DNA of 60,509 nt, filler included, from Sphacelaria rigidula (Eukaryota), in NCBI GenBank assembly GCA_964200075.2. It is 8 parts of 8 records of this genome, joined end to end, with 100 filler letters (N's around TTAATTAATTAA, not from the genome) between each part and the next. Parts side by side here need not be neighbours in the genome. Positions count along the whole stretch, not along the records: positions 1 to 7,477 come from CAXNAA020014743.1; positions 7,578 to 15,053 come from CAXNAA020014744.1; 6 more parts are not named here. The stretch is one strand, 5' to 3'. Shown one piece after another: positions 1-11,400 of this stretch. The notes under the pieces are model-generated. The model was not told the origin of the DNA and made no database searches. It was given only the letters and a program-made list of their open reading frames with translations. The position numbers and the translations under genes were made by a program. The number at the start of each line of letters is the position of its first letter. Position 1 is the first letter of the stretch.

Positions 1-729
1 GACATCGCCACAGTTCGAGGAGGAATGCGCCCAGCTGGTGAAGCGGTGGCTTCAATGGAAGCTGTCAACTACACGATCAATTTGACACATCACTTGATCT
101 AAACGACGTAGTCAGTGCCTTGCAACAAAAGATCCCCTCTTTCAGGAAAAACCGATTAGTGCCTGAAAGAGTTCAGTTCCGAAATGACCCCCAGGTGTGA
201 AAATGCTTTGTGCGGTATCTCACCAACCAGACCGCCGAATTCCTGGAACGGGGTACTGTACAGTAGCTGCATGCGCAGGACGTGTGCTGAAGCAAAAACA
301 AAAACAAAAGTTGCCTGTTAGGAACGCTAGAGCATCCACTCTGAATCTGAAACTACGTTCTGAATCTCACGAATATAGTGTTACAAGAAGAAACGCAACA
401 AGTTGGGCACCGGAGCGGTCAATAACTTGGTGTTTCTTCATGGGTGCCACGGAGTCAGGTGGCAAATGGGCGGTTCGAACCCAAGGGCCCCCGAAAAAAA
501 CGCCCATGAGAAATCGCCGCAGTGGAGCCAATTTGTTTTTGTGTACGGTGTTTCTACAGTGTTTGCACGTTGCAGTTGATAGCTTAGCAGTATCTCGTGT
601 ACAGACATCAGAAAGGGGGCGAAAGAGTACCGCGGATGCCTTGTGAATGTTTCAAGTAGGCGGGAGTGTTTCGCGTGTGAGGGTAGGCGGTAATTTCTGT
701 TTCTCATCATATCAGGGGGCAGGGCGGGG

Positions 730-1125
730 AAAGTTTTCGGACACGTACGCTCCCCCCCGCGGAGGGCATTTTTTCGAAATTGTCATGATTTTTTCGATTT
801 TGTTTTGTCAATTTTGTCGCAAAAAAATTATCAAAACACTGTTTTGATTTTTTTGTTGATTCTGTTACAAGAAATTGATCGATAAACGCTGACAAAAATC
901 GAAAAGTCTGGTGGGCTTTGCGGGGTTCGTATATCTGCTCCTGCTCCTCACCGCTATGTCCCGATGACCTCAGATACCGGAAGGCATTTTTTCGAAAATT
1001 AAACTCATACTGATTTTTTGGTTATTTTTCTGTTAACTTTGTTGCGAAAAATTGATCAATCGACATTGACCAAAATCCGAAAAGTCTGGTGAGCTTTGCG
1101 GGATGTACGTTTGCTTCTTCTCCTT
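730..1125. repeat. Dispersed repeat with internal duplication; inverted homolog at ~22790-23110
   Basis: GGCATTTTTTCGAAA...GAAAAGTCTGGTG(G/A)GCTTTGCGGG occurs twice here (~765-945 and ~983-1125) and in reverse complement at the start of contig 4. Confidence 0.8.
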
Positions 1126-2576
1126 TACATGTTTTTATATTTATGTATAATATATAATATAAGGAGAATATATATCATATAGCATATATGTTATGTAAAA
1201 TATAATTATATAAATGGTATATACTGCCCCTCGGTATTATATCAAGGAGAAGAAGCATATATGTAATCTCGACTGTCAACGGCAGCTGACCGCATCCGCC
1301 CACGCTTCGGCAATAAACCAGGGGACAAAAGGCTGGGTGTCCCCCCCCCCCTACCCCCCTAAAAAAATCGATGTTTCAATCTTGGGGCTCACGTGTCTTG
1401 AATTTCTTTCTTCGCTGCCCCCCTGATCATATCCCTTTTTTCTACAAGGTATTGAATCCCATTACTTTGGCGTTTAGGAGTCTGGAGTTTTCACTTCGTT
1501 TTGTAGCCAACAATGAAAAAATTGGACGTATCCCGCCGGCTTTTTTTCCCTCGTTTGGTATGGAGAACAGAAAAAGTGAGCGCGCATTTGCATCATCATT
1601 ATCGCGCAGTTTCGAGGTTTGGCGCGTTTGTTATTCAATAATGAGAAATAACATCGTTTTCGTGAGATGAAGAGTAGAGCGCTGAATGAGAGTGGCTCTG
1701 ATGATCCGCTTTAACTTGGCCAATTTTTCATACAGTGTGTGCTTTTCTCTACCTCACTCACTGGCGTGTGCTTTCAGCTTCACATAGATATCGTACTTGA
1801 GGATATCAAGGGTCTCAGTGGCAAGCTACTACAGAAAGCATATCGGGCCTCGTGGAGGGGCATTTCGGAACTGAAACGATTAATTCACTAATTGACCGCT
1901 TTTCACTCTTCATTCTATCCTCTATTGAATGCGCGCAGAGTCGACGTAAATGCTCAAATTTGATCGAAACATGACGGAATAGTGTCCGCGAAATATACTG
2001 TGGTATATCACCGGCTTGAACAACTCAATATGTATCACGCATCACACTTGGCGCTGTGATCAACCACCTCTTTTGCGACTTGCCTCTTGCACGATGGAGA
2101 ACCATTTTTGTTAAAGCGAAGCATCACGCCGCCAGCATAGTTCACCACGTGGCAGGGTGCTATTGTTGATTTTTAGTTCGACGTGATTTTAGTGTGGACA
2201 GTGAAATCTGGCAACGCACGTTTTGCCGACGGAAGACTCTGCACCCCCTTTCCCGAGGATTCTCGTGTTTTGCCGCTACTTCTATTATACCAGATAATAA
2301 ATCACACATTGGTGCTGCTGTACCTTCATACAATCAGGCGTGCACCCACTCCGGGTTAGGTCACTAGTGTGTCAGCGTAGTACCGCGAGGTCTTGCAAGC
2401 TGCGTCCCTACCAAAACAGCCGTATCGTATCGTATCGAGTATCAGTATCAAGTATCGATACGTATCGGGTCATTTTCCGTGTATCGAAAAAAATATCGGA
2501 ATCGACGTCTCAACATGGATACTTTGAAAATATCGTATCGAACTTTTTTTTTCGTTCGATACTCGACACTAATCCG

Positions 2577-2846
2577 AATATTCTTGAAAACAAGATGCGA
2601 ATGCACTCTCCGGCCGTGGCGTGTGGCCTCGCCCATCCCAAAAAACGATCCGCATTATTTTGTGAATTCCCGTGTGTAAACAGCGGATTCTGACAAATAA
2701 GAACAGTTGTAGGAGAATGGACGGAGGTCGAAATTGTTCGGTATAATGAGCACGGGATTTGCGGATGAGTTAATTCCTTTGAGGGGATAAGCGAGACCAC
2801 ACATAACGGCTGGAGAGTGCATTTGCATTTTTATTCCAAGTATATT
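2577..2846. repeat. Imperfect inverted repeat (~75-bp arms, 2577-2652 / 2761-2846), probable non-autonomous DNA element
   Basis: The left arm AATGCACTCTCCGGCCGTGGCGTGTGGCCTCGC matches the reverse complement of the right arm AATGCACTCTCCAGCCGTTATGTGTGGTCTCGC. A (TATCG)n-rich tract lies just upstream. Confidence 0.65.
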
Positions 2847-4842
2847 TTGATGCTTTATAAAGGTTTCCAAAAGTCCATCCACCCTCGAAACATAAAGAAC
2901 ATCCGCAGTTTGTGAGATCTCGCGTTTATACGAGCTGGGCCAGCCTAGAGGCGGATTTTAAGTCTACAAGTCCAAGAAACGGCATTACTATTTTTGTGCC
3001 CGTGTGCTGAAGTGAGTTCGGAAGGTAAAACTCTCAACCACTTGATTTTAGTGGAGAAAATGCTTTTCTGCCGCTTCTGGCACCGGCAATGGAAAAGTGT
3101 GGATTTCGAGGTGCTGTTTTTTTTTAACGACATATGGTTGAGTTTTCACAGCTTTCACGCAAAAACTGTTAGCCCGATTCATGTTTTTCATATCCGTACA
3201 AAAATGTGTCCCGGTGCCGAAAAGAGTTCATTGTATAAACAGAGCTATCTTCGGCTCTATTCACAAAGCTCAACAAATTCGACCCGTTGCGTCCTGTCAC
3301 TGGACAAAACTAGTCCGACCGCACCGGGACGACATTTTTGGAGCGCGCATCACGTATGCTGGTAAATTCTTCTGTGGCGTTCCGCCGTAAAAATGGTTCC
3401 GTCGATCTTTTCTGTTCCCATCTTGTCTTCTTCGTCAGGTTCTTAAAAAATGAGGCGTCTGGCCCGGGGACGGAAGGAGAAGGTTCCCAAAGGGTTCAAT
3501 GTAAAAACGATCCCGGCGCATCACTTATTTGGGATACGCAACGAAAATTTTCAAGTGTTCCTCGGACAATCCAAGACGATCACATTCATTTTTAGGTATT
3601 CTGCACAGGCTTCCAGGGGGCCGGAAGCCGGTGAAGAACAGAGAAACCTTTGAAATATTTCACACCTTTGACAAAATATATTCAATAGATGCAATAGACG
3701 AGAAGTGTACTATTGCATAAAGTATAGGCCTATTGCAACTATTGACCATATATTGTCCAAGGTGTGAAATATTCTTCAACGATGCCTGTTCACGATTGGA
3801 GCTACAATACCTATCGAACTGCCGAGTTTATGGGGCGGTCGGAGCTTTTCTGTGACAAATTTGAGGGTGACCTTCAGCAGGCCTAACCTCAGACTAAGCG
3901 CATAAGAAATTGGGTGATCGTGCGGAATCACCTGGACTAGCAAGTGGCACGATCCGCCAAGCTCCGTGACAGGGCAGAAATCGGCGCAGGAACGCCCGAA
4001 AAGCACATGTTTCAGAAAGCTTATTTTCAACACCTACGAGACGGCCTCTCGCATCCCACTATCTCATCCGAAACGAATATCCTATTCCATGCGAAGCGCT
4101 CGATATCATATCACCAGAAAAGTGCTCATCATCAAAAAAATAACATCCTGCCTACAGAGCTTGATGTTCCGGCGCACTACTCATGTGCGCGACGGTCGGT
4201 TTCACCCGTTCGAATCTTTGCACCTCCGGAAAATGAGCACCATGTTGCCATTTCGGTCGACTCCCGTGCAGGGGCGAGTCTGGGCACCATCTCGTCATCG
4301 TGTAATGCTTTCGGGAGAGTTGGTCTTGACGGAGAGAATCAACCGAAACTTGAAATCGAAAAATACTTTGATTGCCCCGCTGCCCCAGACCGCAACCAAA
4401 CCTTTTCTCGAGCCGCTCCTGGAGTAAAGGTGGTCGGTGACTGCCGAAAATACGACGCAAACAAGCAAGGTACAGTTGTTAGTATCAGAAGATTTCGAAA
4501 TATGAGCGTGTGCCCAGCATTCCAGGCTATGCAGCAAACACCCTCCGATACCCTGTTTCCACTAGAATTCAACGATGCCTTGATCGCGTGCACTTGGTGC
4601 CATACTGGGCGAGTATCAACGCGAAATGTGGAGCGTTCTGTGGTTTTTCCGCCCCAAGGAATCCTTCGTTGGCAGTCACGCGAGCTGTTTCTTTGTACTC
4701 CTTCAGTACGGAGCGGTTTTCTCTCCAGGTTAAACAGCGGCTAGGCGCTGACTTGCCTCGCACCCGTCACCCCCACGCTGTCGTGCTTGATTGCTGTGCT
4801 CGTGTTGCGTTACCCCGCCGCTCAACGTGGAATATAATCCAG

Positions 4843-6078
4843 CCGGTGACCACGAGTAGCCCCGAGGAGGTCGGAAGACTCTACCACGCGGCCGCCGAAC
4901 AGCTGCGAACATCTCACGGCGTCAAATCCATCACCGCGGCAAGCCTTGAGCAGACGGTGTCCCTGCTCAACCTGCCTCCCCGGCGCCTCGTCACGCAGGG
5001 CCTAGCGCCCCACTGGTCGCTCAACGAGGACCAGGAGTCGATGTCGTCTCCGCGGTTCGAGACTACCAGGACTGTGTCAACATCACTGTCGACACAAAGA
5101 AACGGTGACGGTGACGGTGACGGTGACGGAGGTGTTTTCGCCTTCGCCGGGGGTGAAGGATCGCCAGCGGATCAGGACGAGGTTGTTTCCGATGCTGACG
5201 TCGACCTGATGAGCGAGCACGAGTGCTGTTTCTCGGACGAGGATAGCGACTGCGAAGATGGCGAAGACTTCGATCTCGAAGATTTGGAGGCAGGTGGGGA
5301 GGACGAATTAAATACCACCGCCGGGGACGTTCGAGTGAGTGGATGTGACCCGCAAGAGAAAATTTCAATAGCGACTCCCACAGTGCTAGGCCCCGCCACG
5401 TCGGCGGCGCAGCGGTCGCTGTCGAACACGCGAACGGTCACCAGCTCAAAAGTTGAGGAACACATCTCCGGAGAAGCCGTAGACGTCGCTAATGGCACGG
5501 CAACCGCCGCCAATGTCCCGGCCGCGGCTGACACTGAAGCCGCCGCCGAAGATATTGACAACCCTATTCATAAGGCGCTTCTCGCGGGCGGCATTAATGT
5601 CCACCCCCTCGAAACTGACGCGCTTATCCATGCGCTGGGAGTAGACCCTCAGCGGCTAGTAGGTCTGGGCCTCGTGGAGTGCGAGACGGCCCCCGCTAGC
5701 ACGAAATCCACTACCACCACCACCACGGCTCACCGCCGGAGGGCCAAGGCGGCATCGCCTCGTCGCCGCAATTCCAAGAAGTTCGTCGTTCGAGTGCCTG
5801 TGCGCCTTGTTGGTTCCAAGAGTCACCGCGACAGAGCTGCTCGTGAAAGCACCGGCTACGTAAGCGCTAGTGTTGACCAAGGCGCGAGACGGTCTGGTGG
5901 TCGTGATGATAGTGCTGCTGCTATCGTGTTGTGGCCACAGCTGTTGGCGTATGCTGCAGCAGGGCAGGCAACGCGCGGGAAGGCTCGAGCCGGCAGCGGC
6001 ACGCGGGTCCAGGTTCATGGCTACAGCCGCCACGGAGCGCAAGGTCGTATTCCCTGCCGCTGCGTTGAGCGCGGCTAG
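4843..6078 (+). CDS. Large exon of an uncharacterised protein (acidic/low-complexity middle); partial gene
   Basis: GC-rich open frame inside ORF 4510-6078 with an acceptor CAG| at 4842. The exon either ends at donor TAC|GTAAGC (5859, giving 339 codons) or runs to the stop at 6078. It contains GDGDGDG and D/E-rich tracts. No domain recognised. Confidence 0.6.
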   Translation, partial: PVTTSSPEEVGRLYHAAAEQLRTSHGVKSITAASLEQTVSLLNLPPRRLVTQGLAPHWSLNEDQESMSSPRFETTRTVSTSLSTQRNGDGDGDGDGGVFAFAGGEGSPADQDEVVSDADVDLMSEHECCFSDEDSDCEDGEDFDLEDLEAGGEDELNTTAGDVRVSGCDPQEKISIATPTVLGPATSAAQRSLSNTRTVTSSKVEEHISGEAVDVANGTATAANVPAAADTEAAAEDIDNPIHKALLAGGINVHPLETDALIHALGVDPQRLVGLGLVECETAPASTKSTTTTTTAHRRRAKAASPRRRNSKKFVVRVPVRLVGSKSHRDRAARESTGYVSASVDQGARRSGGRDDSAAAIVLWPQLLAYAAAGQATRGKARAGSGTRVQVHGYSRHGAQGRIPCRCVERG

Positions 6079-7477
6079 AACATGGAGTATGGCAACCTGT
6101 TTGGTCGACTGCGAGGGGGCACTCAGCTTTGCGCCGAGATCTCTTGCTTGTCCGCTGAATGAATGGCTGATTACTGCTGTTGTTCTCATTTTTGAAGCTG
6201 ACCGATCTTCAAGTCGAACAGTAAGTTTTCGCCGTCGCTGCCTATTTTGTCCTCGACGAGTGCGGTGGGCTCTTCGGCGGTGTCAATTTACACGGTGTGG
6301 TATAGCTGGGGGTGGCGAAGGGGTGGCTCCAGAGTCAAAAGTTCGGTGCTCAAGGGTTCTCTACTGTTGTGTGGAGGTGTTGACGCGCAGTTACTGCCGT
6401 TAAGTTTTGTTCCTTTTGTATTTCTGGAGAGAGTGTATCAGATATGTTCTGCGTTTGTTAGGCATGCACGCATGTCTCGTTGCAATGATATCTCAAGTCA
6501 TCCCTTGGGACGGGCTTGTGGCCTACGCGTGTACAGTTTCATGTGAAGGGGCAGGATGGTGTGGGGTGGGTGGCGAAATTAGAAACAGATGAAGCTAACA
6601 ACTTTGGCAAAGTGCGTGATATCACCACACGAGCGAGTAGCAAGAGCGCGGAAATGTCCTCGTTTGGTGTCTGCTAATTGGGTATTTCTCAAACATGTAG
6701 GGAATCAAAGATATGTATCGTGTGCGTGTGTGTTAGTCCGCTTCTCGTTTCATAAGCGGTGCATCCCTTAGACAAGCGCGTGGTGATGCTTGCATCCCTT
6801 CGACGAATGGCGTGGTGTGTACGCTTTTTATTTTTCGTGGAAAAGTCGGATAGTGTGGTGTTGTGCGCGCTACTATTATTTCATCCGCTCACGCCGCACG
6901 GAGAGAACCAAATTACGAAGAAGGTCCAATTGAAGAAAATTATTGCGAATGGCGATATTTCGAGGGGGGTGCGTACTCATCTTTTGCTTGCCTTAGTCAT
7001 TTGACTATTGAGCCAATGGTCATGTGACTCTGGCATGCATGGTCATGAGCAATATTTGGAGGGGGGGGGAGGGGAAGGTACCGCACGTGATATCAACAAC
7101 AATTTGAGCTTGAAATGTAAATGTTATATGGACTCGGAGCAGGAGGTTTTGTCTGGGTGGTATGATTTGGCAAAGAAGTGTCAATATATTACTACAGTAC
7201 GTGCACAGCCCTAGCATTCGTAGGTAAGGCAATTGTTCAGCTATGAGTTGTACTGACGTCTTGCAACGCGTTTTTAACAGCCGTATCCGCCGCTTATGGA
7301 AATCGCAGAATCGGCTCTTGGGGTATATTATTGTGTGATCGTGAGGAACATGAATACGGGTCCCCGTGCGTTAATATTTTTCAGGAAGGGGGGGGGGGGG
7401 GGGGGCTACGTTTTTTCTTGTCGGATTCTATTACACATTTACCACGAGCCCCTGTGTACAAGAACCCCAGGTGGGTG

Positions 7478-7577
7478 NNNNNNNNNNNNNNNNNNNNNNN
7501 NNNNNNNNNNNNNNNNNNNNNTTAATTAATTAANNNNNNNNNNNNNNNNNNNNNNNNNNNNNNNNNNNNNNNNNNNN
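7478..7577. other. Artificial contig-joining linker (44 N + TTAATTAATTAA + 44 N); identical linkers at 15054-15153, 22630-22729, 30206-30305, 37782-37881, 45358-45457, 52934-53033
   Basis: The same 100-bp spacer recurs every 7576 bp and separates contigs of 7477/7476 bp. TTAATTAATTAA gives stops in all six frames. This is the signature of length-sorted unplaced contigs that were concatenated. Confidence 0.98.
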
Positions 7578-8409
7578 CGAAGATTTTAATCCTCCGGGTT
7601 CTCATCCTCAATGAAAATCTCCATCCTCAACATAATAGATGACCGGCTGTTTAAGTCGTACCCTCTGCTCTCAATCTCACAAAAACATTGTTGAGTTTAG
7701 AATCTGTCATCTGCTTCTTCAACAGACGCAACAATATTCGATACTGTACACGGTACACTTTTTGACAATGTCCAGGGTGTAGAATATTGGATACTGAATA
7801 CTGCGGACTTCCCACCACTGCATGCGCATGTACGTTCGTGCTTGTTGTGGTCAGTCGGCACCGCATCCATCCTTGTCGGCGATACCTATAATATGTTGCA
7901 TTGAATAGATCGAGAGAGCGGGTGCTCTGTAACCAGTAGTACATGTATCAACAAAAAGATCACCGTTGCTGTGGACACAAACTCCACGGTTTTCAGGGAA
8001 CTCATCAGATCATCAGTAGATATCATCACTTGGTAAGTTGAAGTTGGCTGAACTTGGTTTGAGTGGAAACATCGAAATTCCGATCGCCAGTGGGACTGCA
8101 TGATAGTCTCAATTGCTCCCAGCGCGCGCAGAACGCGTCTTCTTGTCTAAATCGGGCGCCGCGCCGTTTCAAGGTTTACCGAAAAGTACACTTTGGGTAG
8201 GATACACTTTGCCCCCCTCTTTCTCGAAGGTTCTCGTTATGCCTTGGCTTGTGTTACGGTCATAGAGTTGACGTTTTCGAATTTTCAAGATCATGGATTT
8301 GCGACAAAGCTCTTCAACCCGTCTACGTAGTGGCAAGACGACCTCCTCCATGATCAGATGAGACGATCAAATTCAGTCGAGAAAAATGCGGGTCTGAGCA
8401 GCCTCGATC

Positions 8410-11400
8410 ATGGTCGAACTTTTCCCATCTCATGCAGGAGCCATCGCTGTGAGTACCAGAGGCAACATGCGACGTGCCGCGAATGGCATCGCAACGGCCT
8501 TGCGTAGACCTGCCTCTTCATTCCCTTCATGCGTGAAGGAATCATCTTTTTCTCACCCCAACCACTCCTTCGCAAGCAGTACGGCTCAAGTAGTCTTTCA
8601 TTCACTGCCATTGAACGCTACCGTCCGAGGCGGTGGCTCTATCCTTGTGCGAAGATGCATGTCTTCTGGCTCGGTTGCAGGAGCGGGCGGGGGAGATAGC
8701 TCTGCTCCGAGCAAGTATATGGAGAAGGAGGCGCAGATCCGCGAGTCGCAAAAAATGGTGCGGACACTGTACAAGGAGGGCTCTTATCAGGTGCGTGCGT
8801 GCAGTATTGACAAAACGGTGGATAAACTGCTCCGAAATTTAGTTTCGCGGAGCGTTGCGGGAAGTGTGATCAAAACGGGGAATGAAGCACTCCTAAGGCG
8901 GCCGCTGACTGGTTTGAGGGTCTAACTCTACACACCGCTGATTGCGCAATAATTCTACAGTGCCGTTCCACCCGTATTGTTTAGAACCGCACAAAGAAGT
9001 AGGTTGCTACTTGGAAGGCGCTCCTGGTCCGTTACAACACGAATTTGAACCACCTGCGCCACCGACGTGGAGTGCAACATCAACACTACATGAACATCAT
9101 GCACGAAAGTGTCGCAGCTGCCGAAGCCAGGCAGTAGACACACAGAACCAGCGTGCAGTACGCCCACTCATGGAGCGCATCAGAATCGCTGAATTTGACT
9201 CTTCTATAGATAACCTGGCCTAGCACCCAAACTAGCTCTCGCCTCACGTCAGGTTTGTCAGGTTCAGCAAGGAGACCTCGAAAGGGCAAAAAGGCCAATC
9301 CCAGCTCCCCCCCCCCCCACCCCCCCCCCCCCCCCCCCCACACCCCCCCACCCACCNNNNNNNNNNCAGGTTCAGAAAGGAGGCCCAAAAAGGGAAAAAA
9401 AGCCAACCCCCCCCCCCCCCCCCCCCCCCCCCGAATTCCGGATCTACACCACGTACATTTTTTACGAACGTGATCCATACTGTAGTGAAGTAATCAAGAT
9501 TTCGAAGTCAACGGGGTGAATCATTTTTGGATCACAAGGGGGCTAACCGGTCCACCGGGGGTTAGTGTTTGATTGACCTACCTTTGTACCTTTGTTGTCA
9601 TTTCGGCAGCGATCGTCCCAATCACGGTCCGGCACAAAACATCGACCAGCCCGCAAGACCAGCAGGGGGACCAGTACCTACGGCTGGCGAGACGCAACAG
9701 AACTGTCAAACCAGTGCGATGCTGCTGAAGGAGAATTCCGAACATCCGCAAGAAAGCTTGCTTGACTCTTGAATGGCGAGAGTAGGTCATCTGTTGAATC
9801 GGCATCAATTTCACTTGAAAAATCAATGCATTATCCAGATGGACTACCCTCGCGGTCTAAGGGTTAACAGCGACGGCGACGGAAACACACGCGTTTCTGT
9901 GGATAATAACCATAGCATGCGCAGGAGTGTTTTGGTAAATTGATGCTGCTGCTGCTCCATGTCGATCGATGGCAATGTAGTGGCATTGACCAATATTTCT
10001 TTGTCCCAATACAGAGCACTCCGTTTTAAACACACTGTGGTCTGCACCCTTGCTCCAACTGCTAACCTAAAATCTAAGTAATATCGGTGTCCATGACCGG
10101 TCGCCCCGGTGGCTCACTTGGTAACCTCAAAACCTTCTGACGGTTTGGACGTGGGTTCGAATCTCGGTGAAGTCAAGCGATCTGGTAATTTTCCTCACAT
10201 CATGCCCAACAGAGCAGGGCGACTATGTCCTGGGTACACAAAGTTCGACTTCACGGTCGACTAGGGAAAGGGACTGCTGAACCCCTCTATTGATAAAAAG
10301 AAAGGCAAGCACCGCAGAAGGAGCGTAGAGTACTAAAAAACATAATAGTAGAATAACCTTTGTGTTGATCTTCCTCGGTGACCCCGGCGCCCACGCATAC
10401 CGTAAGGTGTAGACCGGCGTCCAGAATAGACGGGATGACAACACACAGACTAAAATCATGTAATCATTTGATCCTACACTTCAGCCAAGTAGCTTGTATG
10501 TTACTCTTTAACCAAGTGGTTTACTAGTACCGCACTAAACTCAATTACTCGGCCAACCGCCACCCTCCCGCCTCCCCCAAACCGAACGTTGATACTCCGG
10601 GGGGTTGAGTTCCTGGATAAGTTATGTTGACACCCCCTTGGGTTCAAGTAAAGCGGCCACTACACAACGCAGGCAGCCTGTATGCTTCCTCCATCGTGAA
10701 CGGTTGCGTGACGTGTGCACACGACAAAGATGAATCTTTCACTCTGTACGCTGTGATCCCCGAAGATATTTCTCCCCGTCGTGTGATGGCACGTGTGTGT
10801 CGGCAAACGGCGAACCAAGATGTAACAACTTCATCTATCTCACTCCGTGGTGCACACGACGAAGATAAACCTTTCTCTCCGTATGCTGTCACCCCCCCAA
10901 AAAGATTTTCCCCACGTCGTGTGATAGTACGTGTGTGTCGGCGAACTGCGAACCAAGACGGAACAACGTCATCTATTCAGCATGTACTCGGTAGTGCTCT
11001 TGCGAGCAAAAGCATCAAGACACTCGAAACTTGGTGGCGATCAAACTTTAAGCTTGTTGCTCTGGGGGTACCAACATGTGCGCAGGATGCCCTGGACGTG
11101 ACTCAGCGGCTTGTGGACCTCGCAGACGATCTGTTCGGGCGAAAGCACGGAGTATACGCCAGCGCCCTGAACGACCAGGCGCTCATGCTCAAGTCTGTCG
11201 GCGAGCTGGCAGCCGCGACTGATACATATCTCAAGGCGCTTGAGGTGAAAAATTACCGCATAGTTGGCGCGTTTGTGTATGTTGGCGAAGGCATACCTAC
11301 GCATGTATAGCACTCGAGGCAATCGTCCATACTTGGGTGTTGTGGAGCAGTCTGTCCGTCGTTTCGGAGAGAATAAGCTGCCCCACTGTCGGCAGTCTAT

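Noticed and set aside
1..95. Terminal exon (…QFEEECAQLVKRWLQWKL…)
   Set aside because: It is too short and truncated by the contig edge to support a call.
3944..4744. 266-aa ORF
   Set aside because: It starts at GTG, has no recognisable motif and lacks the codon bias of the real exons. It is probably intron or repeat sequence.
5172..6189. Antisense ORFs over GC-rich exons and copia regions
   Set aside because: These are shadow ORFs caused by high GC on the opposite strand.
7522..7533. Periodic TTAATTAATTAA motif as a biological repeat or CRISPR-like array
   Set aside because: It is embedded in N runs with fixed geometry and is a synthetic linker.
9255..9435. Duplicated 'PRKGKKANP-polyPro' ORF around a 10-N gap (similar cases at 36510-36680 and 58150-58320)
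   Set aside because: These are low-quality overlapping read ends on either side of poly-C/G tracts. They are assembly artefacts, not proline- or glycine-rich proteins.
10103..10175. Functional tRNA gene
   Set aside because: A and B boxes are present, but there is no proper acceptor or anticodon stem and the sequence continues into a repeat body. It is better explained as a SINE head.
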